A stretch of 23,611 nt of DNA, taken from positions 1-23,611 of the forward strand of contig JBCCQY010000146.1 in NCBI GenBank assembly GCA_039208735.1, read 5' to 3'. The notes under the pieces are model-generated. The model searched no databases and was not told where the DNA came from. It was given only the letters and a program-made list of their open reading frames with translations. The position numbers were made by a program, and so were the translations under genes. This DNA is from Myxococcota bacterium (GTDB lineage Bacteria > Myxococcota_A > UBA796 > GCA-2862545). Positions 1 through 8,173 of this stretch are shown here, one piece after another. How positions within the stretch are numbered: the stretch's first letter is position 1; every line of letters begins with the position of its first letter.

Positions 1-1
1 C

Positions 2-49
2 GACGTGATGCTTCGCAACGAACTCGAGCGCTACGACCGGGAGGCCTAG
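2..49 (+). CDS. nqrA: 3' end of Na+-translocating NADH:quinone reductase subunit A (partial, runs off the left edge)
   Basis: Frame 2 reads DVMLRNELERYDREA then TAG (47-49), directly before nqrB. It resembles the NqrA C-terminal LR..L....E(G/A) pattern and sits at the canonical operon position. Confidence 0.75.
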   Translation, partial: DVMLRNELERYDREA

Positions 50-1267
50 TTGCAGATCCAGCTTGAGCGGCTGTTCGATCGCTTCCGTCCCATGTTCGAG
101 GGCAAGGATGCACGCCTGGGTTGGGCGTGGCCCTTGTTCGAGGGCGCGGAGACCTTCTTCCTCACCCCAGACCACAAGACCCACGCGGGGGCTCACGTTC
201 GCGACCGCCTCGACATGAAGCGGCTCATGATCATGGTGCTCTATGCGATGGCCCCTGCGATCCTCGCGGGCTGGTACAACGTCGGCCGTCAGGGGTTCCT
301 CGCCGAGGGCGTCACCGACTTCACGATGATGGAAGCGATGCTTCGGGGCGGCTGGCACATGCTGCCCATCATCATCACCAGCTACACCGCCGGCGGTCTG
401 GCCGAGCTGGTGTTTTGCATCGTCCGTAAGCATGAAATCAACGAGGGGTTCCTCGTCACCGCCATGCTGTTCCCCATGACGTTGCCCCCCACCATTCCGT
501 TGTGGATGGTTGCAGCGGGCGTCATCTTTGGCGTGGTCATCGGCAAGGAAGTCTTCGGTGGGGTCGGCATGAACGTGCTGAACCCTGCTTTGACCGCGCG
601 AGCGTTCGTGTTCTTTGCCTACCCAGCGGCCATTTCGGGTGCCAAGGTATGGGACGTCGGCGGTAGCGCATGGGCGTTCAATGACGCGGCCCCGGTCGTT
701 GATGGCTACACCGGTGCAACGCCGCTCCTCACGGTTTCGAGCGCGACCGGCACCGATGGCATCATCGCCTTGCAAGAGCTGGGTTGGACGTGGCAGGACC
801 TCGCGCTCGGCGACATCCCGGGCTCGATGGGAAGCACAAGTGCGGCCGCCATCGCGCTCGGCGCCATCTTCCTCATCGCCACGGGCATCGCCTCTTGGCG
901 CACCATGGTGGGCTGTGTGGTGGGCCTGTTCGCGACCGGATGGTTCATGAACTACCTGGCTCCGCCCGAGGCCCACGCCTTGTTCCACCTGCCGCCCGAG
1001 TACCACCTTGTGATGGGTGGATTCGCGTTTGGTGCGGTGTTCATGGCCACGGACCCGGTGTCCTCGGCCACCACCCATACCGGACGGCTCATCTACGGTT
1101 TCTTCATCGGGATGCTCACCGTCTTGGTGCGCGTGGTCAATCCGGCCTACCCCGAGGGCGTCATGCTCGCGATTCTCTTCATGAACGTGTTCGCCCCGCT
1201 CATCGACTACTTCGTGGTGCGTCGCACGACGACGCGTCGCGCAGCCCGCCTCGCGGCGACGGCGTAG
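50..1267 (+). CDS. nqrB: Na+-NQR subunit B
   Basis: Motifs HVRDRLDMKRLM, HEINEGFLVT, GKEVFGG, NPAL, FMN-attachment TGAT, FMATDPVS and PAYPEG. TTG start with GGGAGG at 39-44. Confidence 0.97.
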   Translation: MQIQLERLFDRFRPMFEGKDARLGWAWPLFEGAETFFLTPDHKTHAGAHVRDRLDMKRLMIMVLYAMAPAILAGWYNVGRQGFLAEGVTDFTMMEAMLRGGWHMLPIIITSYTAGGLAELVFCIVRKHEINEGFLVTAMLFPMTLPPTIPLWMVAAGVIFGVVIGKEVFGGVGMNVLNPALTARAFVFFAYPAAISGAKVWDVGGSAWAFNDAAPVVDGYTGATPLLTVSSATGTDGIIALQELGWTWQDLALGDIPGSMGSTSAAAIALGAIFLIATGIASWRTMVGCVVGLFATGWFMNYLAPPEAHALFHLPPEYHLVMGGFAFGAVFMATDPVSSATTHTGRLIYGFFIGMLTVLVRVVNPAYPEGVMLAILFMNVFAPLIDYFVVRRTTTRRAARLAATA

Positions 1268-1277
1268 GGAGTCACCG

Positions 1278-2027
1278 ATGGCTAGCTTCAGCAATACCTA
1301 CATCTTTGGCTTTGCCGGTGTGATCTGCGCGGTGTGCAGCGTCGCCGTGGCGGGCGTGTCGGTGTCGTTGTCCGAGCGGCAGCAGCTCAACAAAGAGCGC
1401 GACACCCGCAGCAGCATCCTCACGGCGTTGGGCTTGCCCGAGGCCGAAGGCGAAGAGATCGATAAGCTGTGGACCAAGCACGTCGAGCAACGGTTCATCA
1501 CCCCCACTGGCGATACGGCCGAGGTGACCGAGGCCGACCAGAACGCCGACGGCCAACTCGATGACGAAGACCTCGTGCTTGCGCTCGAGAAGGCGGACGA
1601 AGGCAAGACACCCTCGGTGCTTGGGTTGTACGTTCGTCTTGACGACGGCGAAACGAAGTCCATCGCCATCCCGCTTGATGGGGTTGGGCTGTGGGGACCG
1701 CTCTCCGGGTACCTCGCGATCGATCCGAAGGGCACTGAAGTCATGGGCGCCACCTTCTTCGCTCCGAAGGAGACGCCCGGACTCGGTGCGGAGATCATGG
1801 AACAGCCCTTCAAAGAGCAGTGGCAGAGCAAGTCCATTGTCGATGGCGACAAGACCGAGACCATTCGCGTCGTGAAAGGCGAAGCGTCCACCATTTGTCC
1901 CGACGACGTCGAACACTGCGTCGACGGGGTGAGCGGAGCGACGATTACGTCCCGCGGTGTCGATGAGATGGTCGCCCAGGCATTGGCATGGTACGACCCC
2001 TACCTTTCCGACCTTCGCGGAGGCTGA
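1278..2027 (+). CDS. nqrC: Na+-NQR subunit C
   Basis: N-terminal TM helix, Gx[13 protein letters not shown] and the FMN motif [21 protein letters not shown] upstream. Confidence 0.96.
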   Translation: MASFSNTYIFGFAGVICAVCSVAVAGVSVSLSERQQLNKERDTRSSILTALGLPEAEGEEIDKLWTKHVEQRFITPTGDTAEVTEADQNADGQLDDEDLVLALEKADEGKTPSVLGLYVRLDDGETKSIAIPLDGVGLWGPLSGYLAIDPKGTEVMGATFFAPKETPGLGAEIMEQPFKEQWQSKSIVDGDKTETIRVVKGEASTICPDDVEHCVDGVSGATITSRGVDEMVAQALAWYDPYLSDLRGG

Positions 2028-2031
2028 CGAC

Positions 2032-2703
2032 ATGAGTTCGCCCGCCATCGAAACCCAGGCGCCGGCCGCGCCGTTGCTCCCCTTCGGCAAGAAGGAACGC
2101 ACGGCGCTCATCGATCCCATGATGGACAACAATCCGATCACCGTTCAGGTGCTGGGCATCTGCTCGGCGCTCGCGGTCACGATCCAGCTCAACCGGAGCT
2201 TCGTGATGGCCGCGGCGGTGGTCGCGGTGTTGGTCTCGTCCAACACCATCATTTCGCTAATTCGGCACTACATTCCGCCGAGCATTCGCATCATCGTGCA
2301 GCTTTCGGTCATCGCATCGCTCGTGATCGTGGTCGACCAGGTGCTGCAGGCGTTCCTCTACGACATCAGCAAGCAGCTGTCGGTGTTCGTCGGCCTCATC
2401 ATCACGAACTGCATCGTGATGGGCCGCGCCGAGGCCTTCGCCATGGCCAACCCGCCATGGCAGTCGTTCCTCGACGGACTTGGCAATGGCCTTGGCTACG
2501 GGGCCATCCTGATCGCGGTGGCGTTCTTCCGGGAACTCCTCGGGTCAGGGGCCCTGTTCGGCTTTGAGGTCTTTCCGAAGTTCCTGTACGACCTCGGCTA
2601 TGTCGACAACGGCCTGATGGTCCTCGCTCCTGGCGCCTTCATCATCCTCGGACTGATGATCTGGGCCCAGCGCACCTACACCGGCTACGTCGAGGAGGCC
2701 TGA
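2032..2703 (+). CDS. nqrD: Na+-NQR subunit D
   Basis: [18 protein letters not shown] and [21 protein letters not shown], with both Fe-ligand Cys present. ATG 2032 preferred over 1957 because it follows GGAGG and the nqrC stop. Confidence 0.96.
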   Translation: MSSPAIETQAPAAPLLPFGKKERTALIDPMMDNNPITVQVLGICSALAVTIQLNRSFVMAAAVVAVLVSSNTIISLIRHYIPPSIRIIVQLSVIASLVIVVDQVLQAFLYDISKQLSVFVGLIITNCIVMGRAEAFAMANPPWQSFLDGLGNGLGYGAILIAVAFFRELLGSGALFGFEVFPKFLYDLGYVDNGLMVLAPGAFIILGLMIWAQRTYTGYVEEA

Positions 2704-2704
2704 C

Positions 2705-3319
2705 GTGGAGCACTACCTTTCGCTCGCGGCGAAGGCGATCTTCGTCGAGAACATCCTCCTCGCCTACTTCCTTGGCATGTGTTCGTTCCTCGCGGTCTCG
2801 AAGAAAGTCGAAACCGCGATTGGCCTCGGTGCAGCCGTCATCTTCGTGCTGTCCATCACTGCGCCAGCGAACTGGGCCATCAATGAATTTCTGCTCAAGG
2901 AAGGCGCCCTTGCCTGGGTCTCGGCCGACTTCGCCGATGTCGACCTGTCCTTCCTGCAGTTCATCAGCTTCATCGCGGTCATCGCAGCGATGGTTCAGCT
3001 GGTCGAGATGGTCATCGACCGGTTCTCACCGGCGCTCTACTCGGCCCTGGGCATCTTCCTGCCGCTCATTGCGGTCAACTGCTCGATCCTGGGGGCCTCC
3101 TTGTTCCTCGTCGAGCGGGATTACGACCTCGCAGAATCCTTCGTCTTCGGCGCTTCGTCGGGTGTGGGTTGGGCATTGGCCATCATCAGCATGGCCGCCA
3201 TTCGCTACAAGCTGCGGTACTCCAACGTTCCGCAGGGACTGCGGGGACTGGGCATCACGATGATCACCACCGGACTCATGGCCATCGCGTTCATGACGTT
3301 CGCAGGCATCCAGCTTTAG
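2705..3319 (+). CDS. nqrE: Na+-NQR subunit E
   Basis: [38 protein letters not shown] and C-terminal FAGIQL. GTG start after GAGGAGG. Confidence 0.97.
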   Translation: MEHYLSLAAKAIFVENILLAYFLGMCSFLAVSKKVETAIGLGAAVIFVLSITAPANWAINEFLLKEGALAWVSADFADVDLSFLQFISFIAVIAAMVQLVEMVIDRFSPALYSALGIFLPLIAVNCSILGASLFLVERDYDLAESFVFGASSGVGWALAIISMAAIRYKLRYSNVPQGLRGLGITMITTGLMAIAFMTFAGIQL

Positions 3320-3328
3320 GAGTCACCG

Positions 3329-4555
3329 ATGGATCTCGGTTTGACCGTTTTGCTCGCGTTTGTCGTCTTCACGGTGGTCATCGTTGGCCTCGTGGGGATT
3401 CTGGCCGCGGCGCGATCCCAACTCGTCGCCCAAGGTGAGGTCTCCGTCCTCATCAACGGCGAGAAGGAAGTGAAGGTTTCGCCAGGCCAGTCTTTGCTTT
3501 CTGCGATGGCTTCCCAGCAGATCTTCATTCCCTCCGCCTGCGGTGGCGGGGGCACCTGCGCGATGTGCAAGTGCAAGGTTCTCGATGGCGGTGGCGACGT
3601 ACTGCCGACCGAAGTGGGCCAATTGTCGCTTCGCGAGCGCAAAGACCAAGTTCGGTTGTCCTGCCAGCTCAAGGTCAAGCAAGATCTCAAGATCGAGCTG
3701 CCCGAAGAGGTGTTTGGCGTTCAAAAGTTCGAGGGTAAGGTCATCTCGAACATGAACGTGGCCACCTTCATCAAGGAACTCGTTGTCCAGCTGCCCGACG
3801 GCATGGAAATGGACTTTGAGCCCGGCGGCTACATCCAGATCGATGTGCCCAAGTACTCGTGCACGTTCCGCGACTTCGAGGTCGAAGAGCAGTACCGGCC
3901 CGACTGGGACCGTTTCGGCTTTTGGGACATCAAGGCGTTCAACGACGAAGACGGAGTCTTCCGCGCCTATTCGATGGCCAACTACCCGGCCGAGGGCAAC
4001 GTCGTCATGCTCAACATCCGCATCGCCACGCCTCCGCGGGGCATGGATGTACCGCCTGGCGTCTGCAGCTCCTACGTCTTCAATCTGAAGCCGGGCGACA
4101 AGATCACGATGTCTGGGCCCTACGGCGAGTTCGCCATCAACCCCACCGAACGCGAAATGATCTACGTGGGCGGTGGTGCGGGCATGGCGCCGCTCCGGTC
4201 GCAGCTCTATCACCTCTTCAACACGCTGAAGAGTGGTCGGAAGATCAGCTACTGGTACGGGGCACGGTCGAGTCGGGAGATCTTCTACGAAGAAGAATTC
4301 CGGGCGCTCGAACGCCAGTTCCCGAACTTCCGGTTCGTGATTGCGCTTTCGGATCCGCAGCCCGAAGACAACTGGGAAGGTCCGGTTGGGTTCATCCACA
4401 ACATCGTGATCGACCACTACCTGTCGAAGCACGAAACGCCCGAGGATTGCGAGTTCTACTTCTGTGGTCCGCCGCTCATGCTGAAGGCCGTGCTCAAGAT
4501 GTGCGACGACTTTGGTGTGCCCGAAGAGAACGTCCGCTTCGACGACTTCGGCTGA
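3329..4555 (+). CDS. nqrF: Na+-NQR subunit F
   Basis: N-terminal TM, 2Fe-2S motif SACGGGGTCAMC...RLSCQ, RAYSMANYP, GGGAGMAP, CGPP and terminal DDFG. Confidence 0.98.
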   Translation: MDLGLTVLLAFVVFTVVIVGLVGILAAARSQLVAQGEVSVLINGEKEVKVSPGQSLLSAMASQQIFIPSACGGGGTCAMCKCKVLDGGGDVLPTEVGQLSLRERKDQVRLSCQLKVKQDLKIELPEEVFGVQKFEGKVISNMNVATFIKELVVQLPDGMEMDFEPGGYIQIDVPKYSCTFRDFEVEEQYRPDWDRFGFWDIKAFNDEDGVFRAYSMANYPAEGNVVMLNIRIATPPRGMDVPPGVCSSYVFNLKPGDKITMSGPYGEFAINPTEREMIYVGGGAGMAPLRSQLYHLFNTLKSGRKISYWYGARSSREIFYEEEFRALERQFPNFRFVIALSDPQPEDNWEGPVGFIHNIVIDHYLSKHETPEDCEFYFCGPPLMLKAVLKMCDDFGVPEENVRFDDFG

Positions 4556-4556
4556 T

Positions 4557-5597
4557 ATGAGGCTCCTCGCCCTGAGCGCTCTGCTGACGGTCGGCTGTAC
4601 GACCCCGACGGCGGGGCCGGTTGCGCCTCGCAGCGTGCAACAGCTTCAGGGCAAGGCCTTCGGGACCACCTTCTCCATCAAATGGCTGGGCTCTTCTCCC
4701 TCTTCGCAGGAGGTCGAGGGTCCGGTCATCGCTGCATTGGAGCGCGTGGACGCGCGCATGTCGACGTGGCGCCCGGATTCCGAGCTGCAAGACGTGCGGC
4801 GCGGGGACGGGTCTGTCGTCGTGAGCGATGAGACGCTCGAGGTGGTGCGGGCTGGTTTAGCCTTGGCCGAGACCACCGGGGGTGCCTTCGACCCCACCGT
4901 GGAGCCTCTGATGGAATTGTGGGGGTTCCGTGGCAAGGCTCGTGACGAGCCTCCTACGCCCGAGGAGATCGAAGCGGCCCGCGCGCAGGTTGGCTTCCGC
5001 AAGGTGAGCCTGGGCCGGACGAACGACGGCGAAGCGTTCATCGACGCTGGAGGCACGGCACTCGACCTGTCAGCCATCGCCAAGGGTCACGGGGTGGATG
5101 CCCTTTCGTCCGTGCTGTCCCGCTTGGGGGCGACCGATCATTTCGTGGAGATCGGTGGCGAAGTCCGAGCCCACGGATCGGGACCCAACGGGGCCTGGCG
5201 GGTGGGCGTGGATCGTCCCGAAGCCGGTGTGCGACCGGGAACTCGCTTTGCCGCCCAGCTCGCGTTGACCAATGCGAGCCTCGCCACCTCTGGCAACTAC
5301 CGCAACGCCTACCAAGCCGGCGAAGTGCGCGTGGTTCACACGATGGATCCCCGGACCGGCCGACCGCACGACAGCGTCGTGGCTTCGGTGAGTGTCATTG
5401 CCCCCGACTGCCGAACGGCAGATGGCTGGGCCACGTCGCTCATGGTGCTTGGGCTTGACGACGGGCGTGCTCTCATCGAAGCCCAACCCTTCGTCGACGC
5501 GCTTTGGCTCGTCACCACTTCTGAAGGATTCGAGCAGCAACGTTCGTCCGGCATGGCGGACTGGATCGTAGCGGCAAACGAACCGACCCAACGTTAA
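4557..5597 (+). CDS. apbE: FAD:protein FMN transferase ApbE (lipoprotein)
   Basis: Lipobox LTVGC after ATG 4557. Motifs GAFDPTV, DLSAIAKG, VEIGGE, ATSGNY, HTMDPRTG and ADGWAT. Directly follows nqrF. Confidence 0.95.
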   Translation: MRLLALSALLTVGCTTPTAGPVAPRSVQQLQGKAFGTTFSIKWLGSSPSSQEVEGPVIAALERVDARMSTWRPDSELQDVRRGDGSVVVSDETLEVVRAGLALAETTGGAFDPTVEPLMELWGFRGKARDEPPTPEEIEAARAQVGFRKVSLGRTNDGEAFIDAGGTALDLSAIAKGHGVDALSSVLSRLGATDHFVEIGGEVRAHGSGPNGAWRVGVDRPEAGVRPGTRFAAQLALTNASLATSGNYRNAYQAGEVRVVHTMDPRTGRPHDSVVASVSVIAPDCRTADGWATSLMVLGLDDGRALIEAQPFVDALWLVTTSEGFEQQRSSGMADWIVAANEPTQR

Positions 5598-5606
5598 GGA
5601 GCCAAC

Positions 5607-5846
5607 ATGGAAATCCTTCTTGCCATGGGCATTTTTGGCGTCGCGATGGCTGGCATGGGCGTCGGCGCATTGTTTTCGAACCGAAGCCTGCGCGGGTCGT
5701 GTGGCGGTCCCGACATCGTGACCGCCAACGGCGATGCGCTCTCGTGTGGCGCGTGTCCTCGAAATGAGGCCGATGTGTGCCCGACCGACGAACCGTTGGT
5801 CGCGTTGGCGCAGATTGGGCATCCCAATCCGCGACACCATCGCTAA
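5607..5846 (+). CDS. nqrM: Na+-NQR maturation factor NqrM
   Basis: Small protein with an N-terminal TM followed by LRGSCGG...CGAC...C. Follows apbE. AAGGAG RBS. Confidence 0.88.
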   Translation: MEILLAMGIFGVAMAGMGVGALFSNRSLRGSCGGPDIVTANGDALSCGACPRNEADVCPTDEPLVALAQIGHPNPRHHR

Positions 5847-6887
5847 CTAATCCGCGCGTACGATCTGTGACGCGTCGGCGTCGGGAATGGCGCGAAGCTC
5901 GACAACCTGAATGTCGGCATTCGTGAACGGTTCGGTCATGTCCATCACGACTTCCGCGCCTGTGGTCCAAAACTCGGTCAGCTCCGCGTCTTTCTCTTCC
6001 ATGATGATGAACGTGTGCTCGGTCATCGTCAGGGCATCCTCGTCGGGGACGCGGAGGGTGCCAATCATCGTCTGATCATCGGGCGGAACGATGCCCGAGA
6101 CCTCGATCTCGACGGTGTCGATGGTCTGGCCTTTGGCGTCCTTGACGGTCGCCTCAATCACGAGGTCCGTCATGGGATACTGACTGTTGTTCCGGAACAT
6201 GAACTCGAAGTTGGTCCGGTTCGTCAGTTTGACCCCACGCTCGTCGGGCAGCTGCATCCAACGCGCGTTGGCGACTTCGATGTAGCGCTCGGGATTGTAG
6301 AGTGGGTCGTACTTCTCTTGCACGTCGGCCGAGCCCAACTGGTACATCGGGATGACGTGGTCGGTCGGTACCCAGCCTTCGCGACCATCCGTGGTGCGTG
6401 CGCGGTAGAAATCGCCGCGTTTCGACAGCAGTTCGAGAACCGCGTCCTTTTTGACCGGAACGGTGAGAGACGCTGAGGCTTCGGGGACTGAACGCAGGCC
6501 GCTGCCGGTCTCCGTGATCATCATCTGCGAGTAGGTCAGGCCGCCGTCTCCGAGCAACGTTTCCTGCTGGCCGAGTTGGGGGAGCATGACCGCGATGGCG
6601 ATGCCACCCACCACGATGAGGACAGCCAACACGCCGGCGATGGCCGGCATGACGTTGTTGCTGCGGAAGTTCGTGTCGATGTCATCGTCAAATCCGCCGC
6701 TGCCCCCGCGCTCGGCAAGGATCTCGGCTAGCTCTTGAATGTCAGAGACGTAGAGCCACTCGTCGGTGCCCGGGGGCTGCACCATGTCGCCTGCTCTAAG
6801 TTCCCCGCGGCGGGTGAGCCCTTCGAGCTCATCCAAGCCGTCCACGGTGAACTGGTCGTTGCCCTTAGTCACGAGCCATGACGACAT
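5847..6887 (-). CDS. Bitopic membrane protein: GYF_2-like N-terminus, TM helix, SH3b-like domain, FxLYD-like C-terminal domain
   Basis: ATG 6887 with GGGGA upstream. ELEGLTRRGELRAGDMVQPPGTDEWLYVSDIQEL is GYF_2-like. Hydrophobic AIAGVLAVLIVVGGIAIAVML. LRSVPEASA...YRARTTDGREGWVP is SH3b-like. FRNNSQYPMTDLVIEATVKDAKGQTI is FxLYD-like. Confidence 0.75.
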   Translation of the reverse strand: MSSWLVTKGNDQFTVDGLDELEGLTRRGELRAGDMVQPPGTDEWLYVSDIQELAEILAERGGSGGFDDDIDTNFRSNNVMPAIAGVLAVLIVVGGIAIAVMLPQLGQQETLLGDGGLTYSQMMITETGSGLRSVPEASASLTVPVKKDAVLELLSKRGDFYRARTTDGREGWVPTDHVIPMYQLGSADVQEKYDPLYNPERYIEVANARWMQLPDERGVKLTNRTNFEFMFRNNSQYPMTDLVIEATVKDAKGQTIDTVEIEVSGIVPPDDQTMIGTLRVPDEDALTMTEHTFIIMEEKDAELTEFWTTGAEVVMDMTEPFTNADIQVVELRAIPDADASQIVRAD

Positions 6888-7005
6888 AGTCTGAATCCCC
6901 ATTGCGACCCTGACTCTAGCGGCTACGAACCTTAGCCGCACCTCGCCCGACCCGACTCTACGTGGACTTGACACCGTAGCGCCTTTTGCGACGGGGTGGG
7001 GCTGG

Positions 7006-7033
7006 ATTCTCTATTGTGATGACATTAGAGAAT
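7006..7033. promoter_or_regulatory. 28-bp imperfect palindrome, probable TetR autoregulatory operator
   Basis: ATTCTCTA-TTGTGATGACAT-TAGAGAAT has perfect 8-bp inverted arms and matches its reverse complement at 24/28. It ends 4 nt before the tetR ATG and contains a -10-like TATTGT. Confidence 0.7.
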
Positions 7034-7037
7034 TGAA

Positions 7038-7670
7038 ATGGGACGACCAAGAGGAAGCCGGAATCAAGATTTTGATGTCAAGCGCCAGCAACTTGCGGAT
7101 CGGATGGCTGAACGCCTGGTTGTCGACGGTGTGATGGCCTCATTTGCAGATTTGGCACGGGCGGCCGGCGTCTCGGTCCCAACCTTACGGCACTACTTTG
7201 GGGATCGCGAAGGAGCGGTCGTCGCCACCTTCCAAGCGATGGACGTATCGAGTCGTGACTTGCTCGAAGCGTTGTCGGATCCTGGGCCCCACGCGCTAAG
7301 GGAGTCGCTTCAACACTGGGCGACCCGAACGGTCGATGGGTTTCGCCACTACGGCGTAGGCAACCTGTTTGCGGGGGCGCTTTCTCACGGCTTGCATGAC
7401 CCGGTCATTGGACCCGCGTTCGTCAAGTACGTGCTGGAGCCTTCCATCGCGCTGTGCGAACGACTGTTGCAACGGCACCGGGAGCGCGGCGAGATCGACA
7501 TTCCCGACGATGAACTCCGCGGAGCGGCCCTCTCCCTGCTCTCTCCGTTGGTGTTGGCCCTTCTCCACCAAGATGCCCTCCATGGCAAGACGGAACGCCC
7601 CCTCGACGTCCGCGCCTTTGCGGCTCGACACGTTGACCGGTTCCTCAACGGCTACGGGCCAGCAATCTGA
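7038..7670 (+). CDS. TetR/AcrR family transcriptional regulator
   Basis: MGRPR start, HTH SFADLARAAGVSVPTLRHYFGDRE, 210 aa, located upstream of an exporter operon. Confidence 0.93.
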   Translation: MGRPRGSRNQDFDVKRQQLADRMAERLVVDGVMASFADLARAAGVSVPTLRHYFGDREGAVVATFQAMDVSSRDLLEALSDPGPHALRESLQHWATRTVDGFRHYGVGNLFAGALSHGLHDPVIGPAFVKYVLEPSIALCERLLQRHRERGEIDIPDDELRGAALSLLSPLVLALLHQDALHGKTERPLDVRAFAARHVDRFLNGYGPAI

Positions 7671-7990
7671 GCGCTACGCGCTTGCTCGGCTTCCTCCTCT
7701 CGCTTCGCTCGACGCCGTCAGCTCGTCCGGCCCTCATCTGAGCGCTGCGCGCTTGCTCGGCCTCCTCCTCTCGCTGCGCTCGACACCGTCGGCTCGTCCG
7801 GCGTCGCTGCGCTCCGGCGGAACGCGGCGCGCTTTGCGCGGGGGCTGGGCGTCATCTGAGCGCTGTGCGCTTGCTCGACCGTCATCTGAGCGCTGCGCGC
7901 TTGCTCGGCCTCCTCCTCTCGCTGCGCTCGACGCCGTCGGCTCGTCCGGCGTCGCTACGCTCCGGCGGAACGCGGCGCGCTTTGCGCGGG
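7665..7990. repeat. Cluster of four hairpin-rich direct repeats (REP/BIME-like)
   Basis: Units begin ATCTGAGCGCT at 7665, 7736, 7854 and 7884. The full copies 7736-7842 and 7884-7990 are 107 nt and differ at 2 positions. The 7665-7731 copy and the copy at 7854 are truncated. Confidence 0.92.
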
Positions 7991-8116
7991 CCTGAGGGCT
8001 GGGGCTTTACCTGAGCGTCGGGCGGTAAGTCGGCGTTCAATGATGATGAACGAATAGGTGACAGAGTTGGACATCAAAAAATAGCCGACTGGACTGGCCA
8101 CTTCGCCCTTCACGAA

Positions 8117-8144
8117 ATTATCTATCTTCCGAAAGATATAAAAT
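8117..8144. promoter_or_regulatory. Second putative TetR operator, upstream of the exporter operon
   Basis: ATTATCTA-TCTTCCGAAAGA-TATAAAAT has the same 8-12-8 layout as 7006-7033 (arms match 7/8 and 6/8), with an inner inverted repeat TATCTT-ccga-AAGATA. It is an AT-rich patch in GC-rich DNA. Confidence 0.55.
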
Positions 8145-8173
8145 ATTGGCCGAAAAGGGCTCGAGAGTGGGGG

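Noticed and set aside
47..52. nqrA TAG directly followed in frame by the nqrB TTG, suggesting readthrough or recoding
   Set aside because: A good RBS (GGGAGG) precedes the TTG, both proteins have normal termini, and TAG is an ordinary stop for nqrB, nqrE and others here.
3323..4432. Long antisense ORFs (also 1272-2141, 14226-15296, 16448-17725, 19721-20965 and others)
   Set aside because: They are shadows of well-supported genes, expected from codon bias in high-GC DNA, and carry no recognisable motifs.
6968..6973. Perfect TTGACA -35 hexamer upstream of tetR
   Set aside because: There is no -10-like hexamer 16-18 nt downstream (the sequence there is ACGGGG-like), so no promoter can be called from it.
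7665..7990. Repeat cluster as a CRISPR array
   Set aside because: Unit spacings are 71, 118 and 30 nt, the sequence between repeat starts is itself repeated rather than unique, and no cas genes are in the window.
7369..7995. 208-aa ORF running through tetR and the repeats
   Set aside because: It overlaps tetR out of frame, and its repetitive peptide is simply the translated GC-rich DNA repeat.
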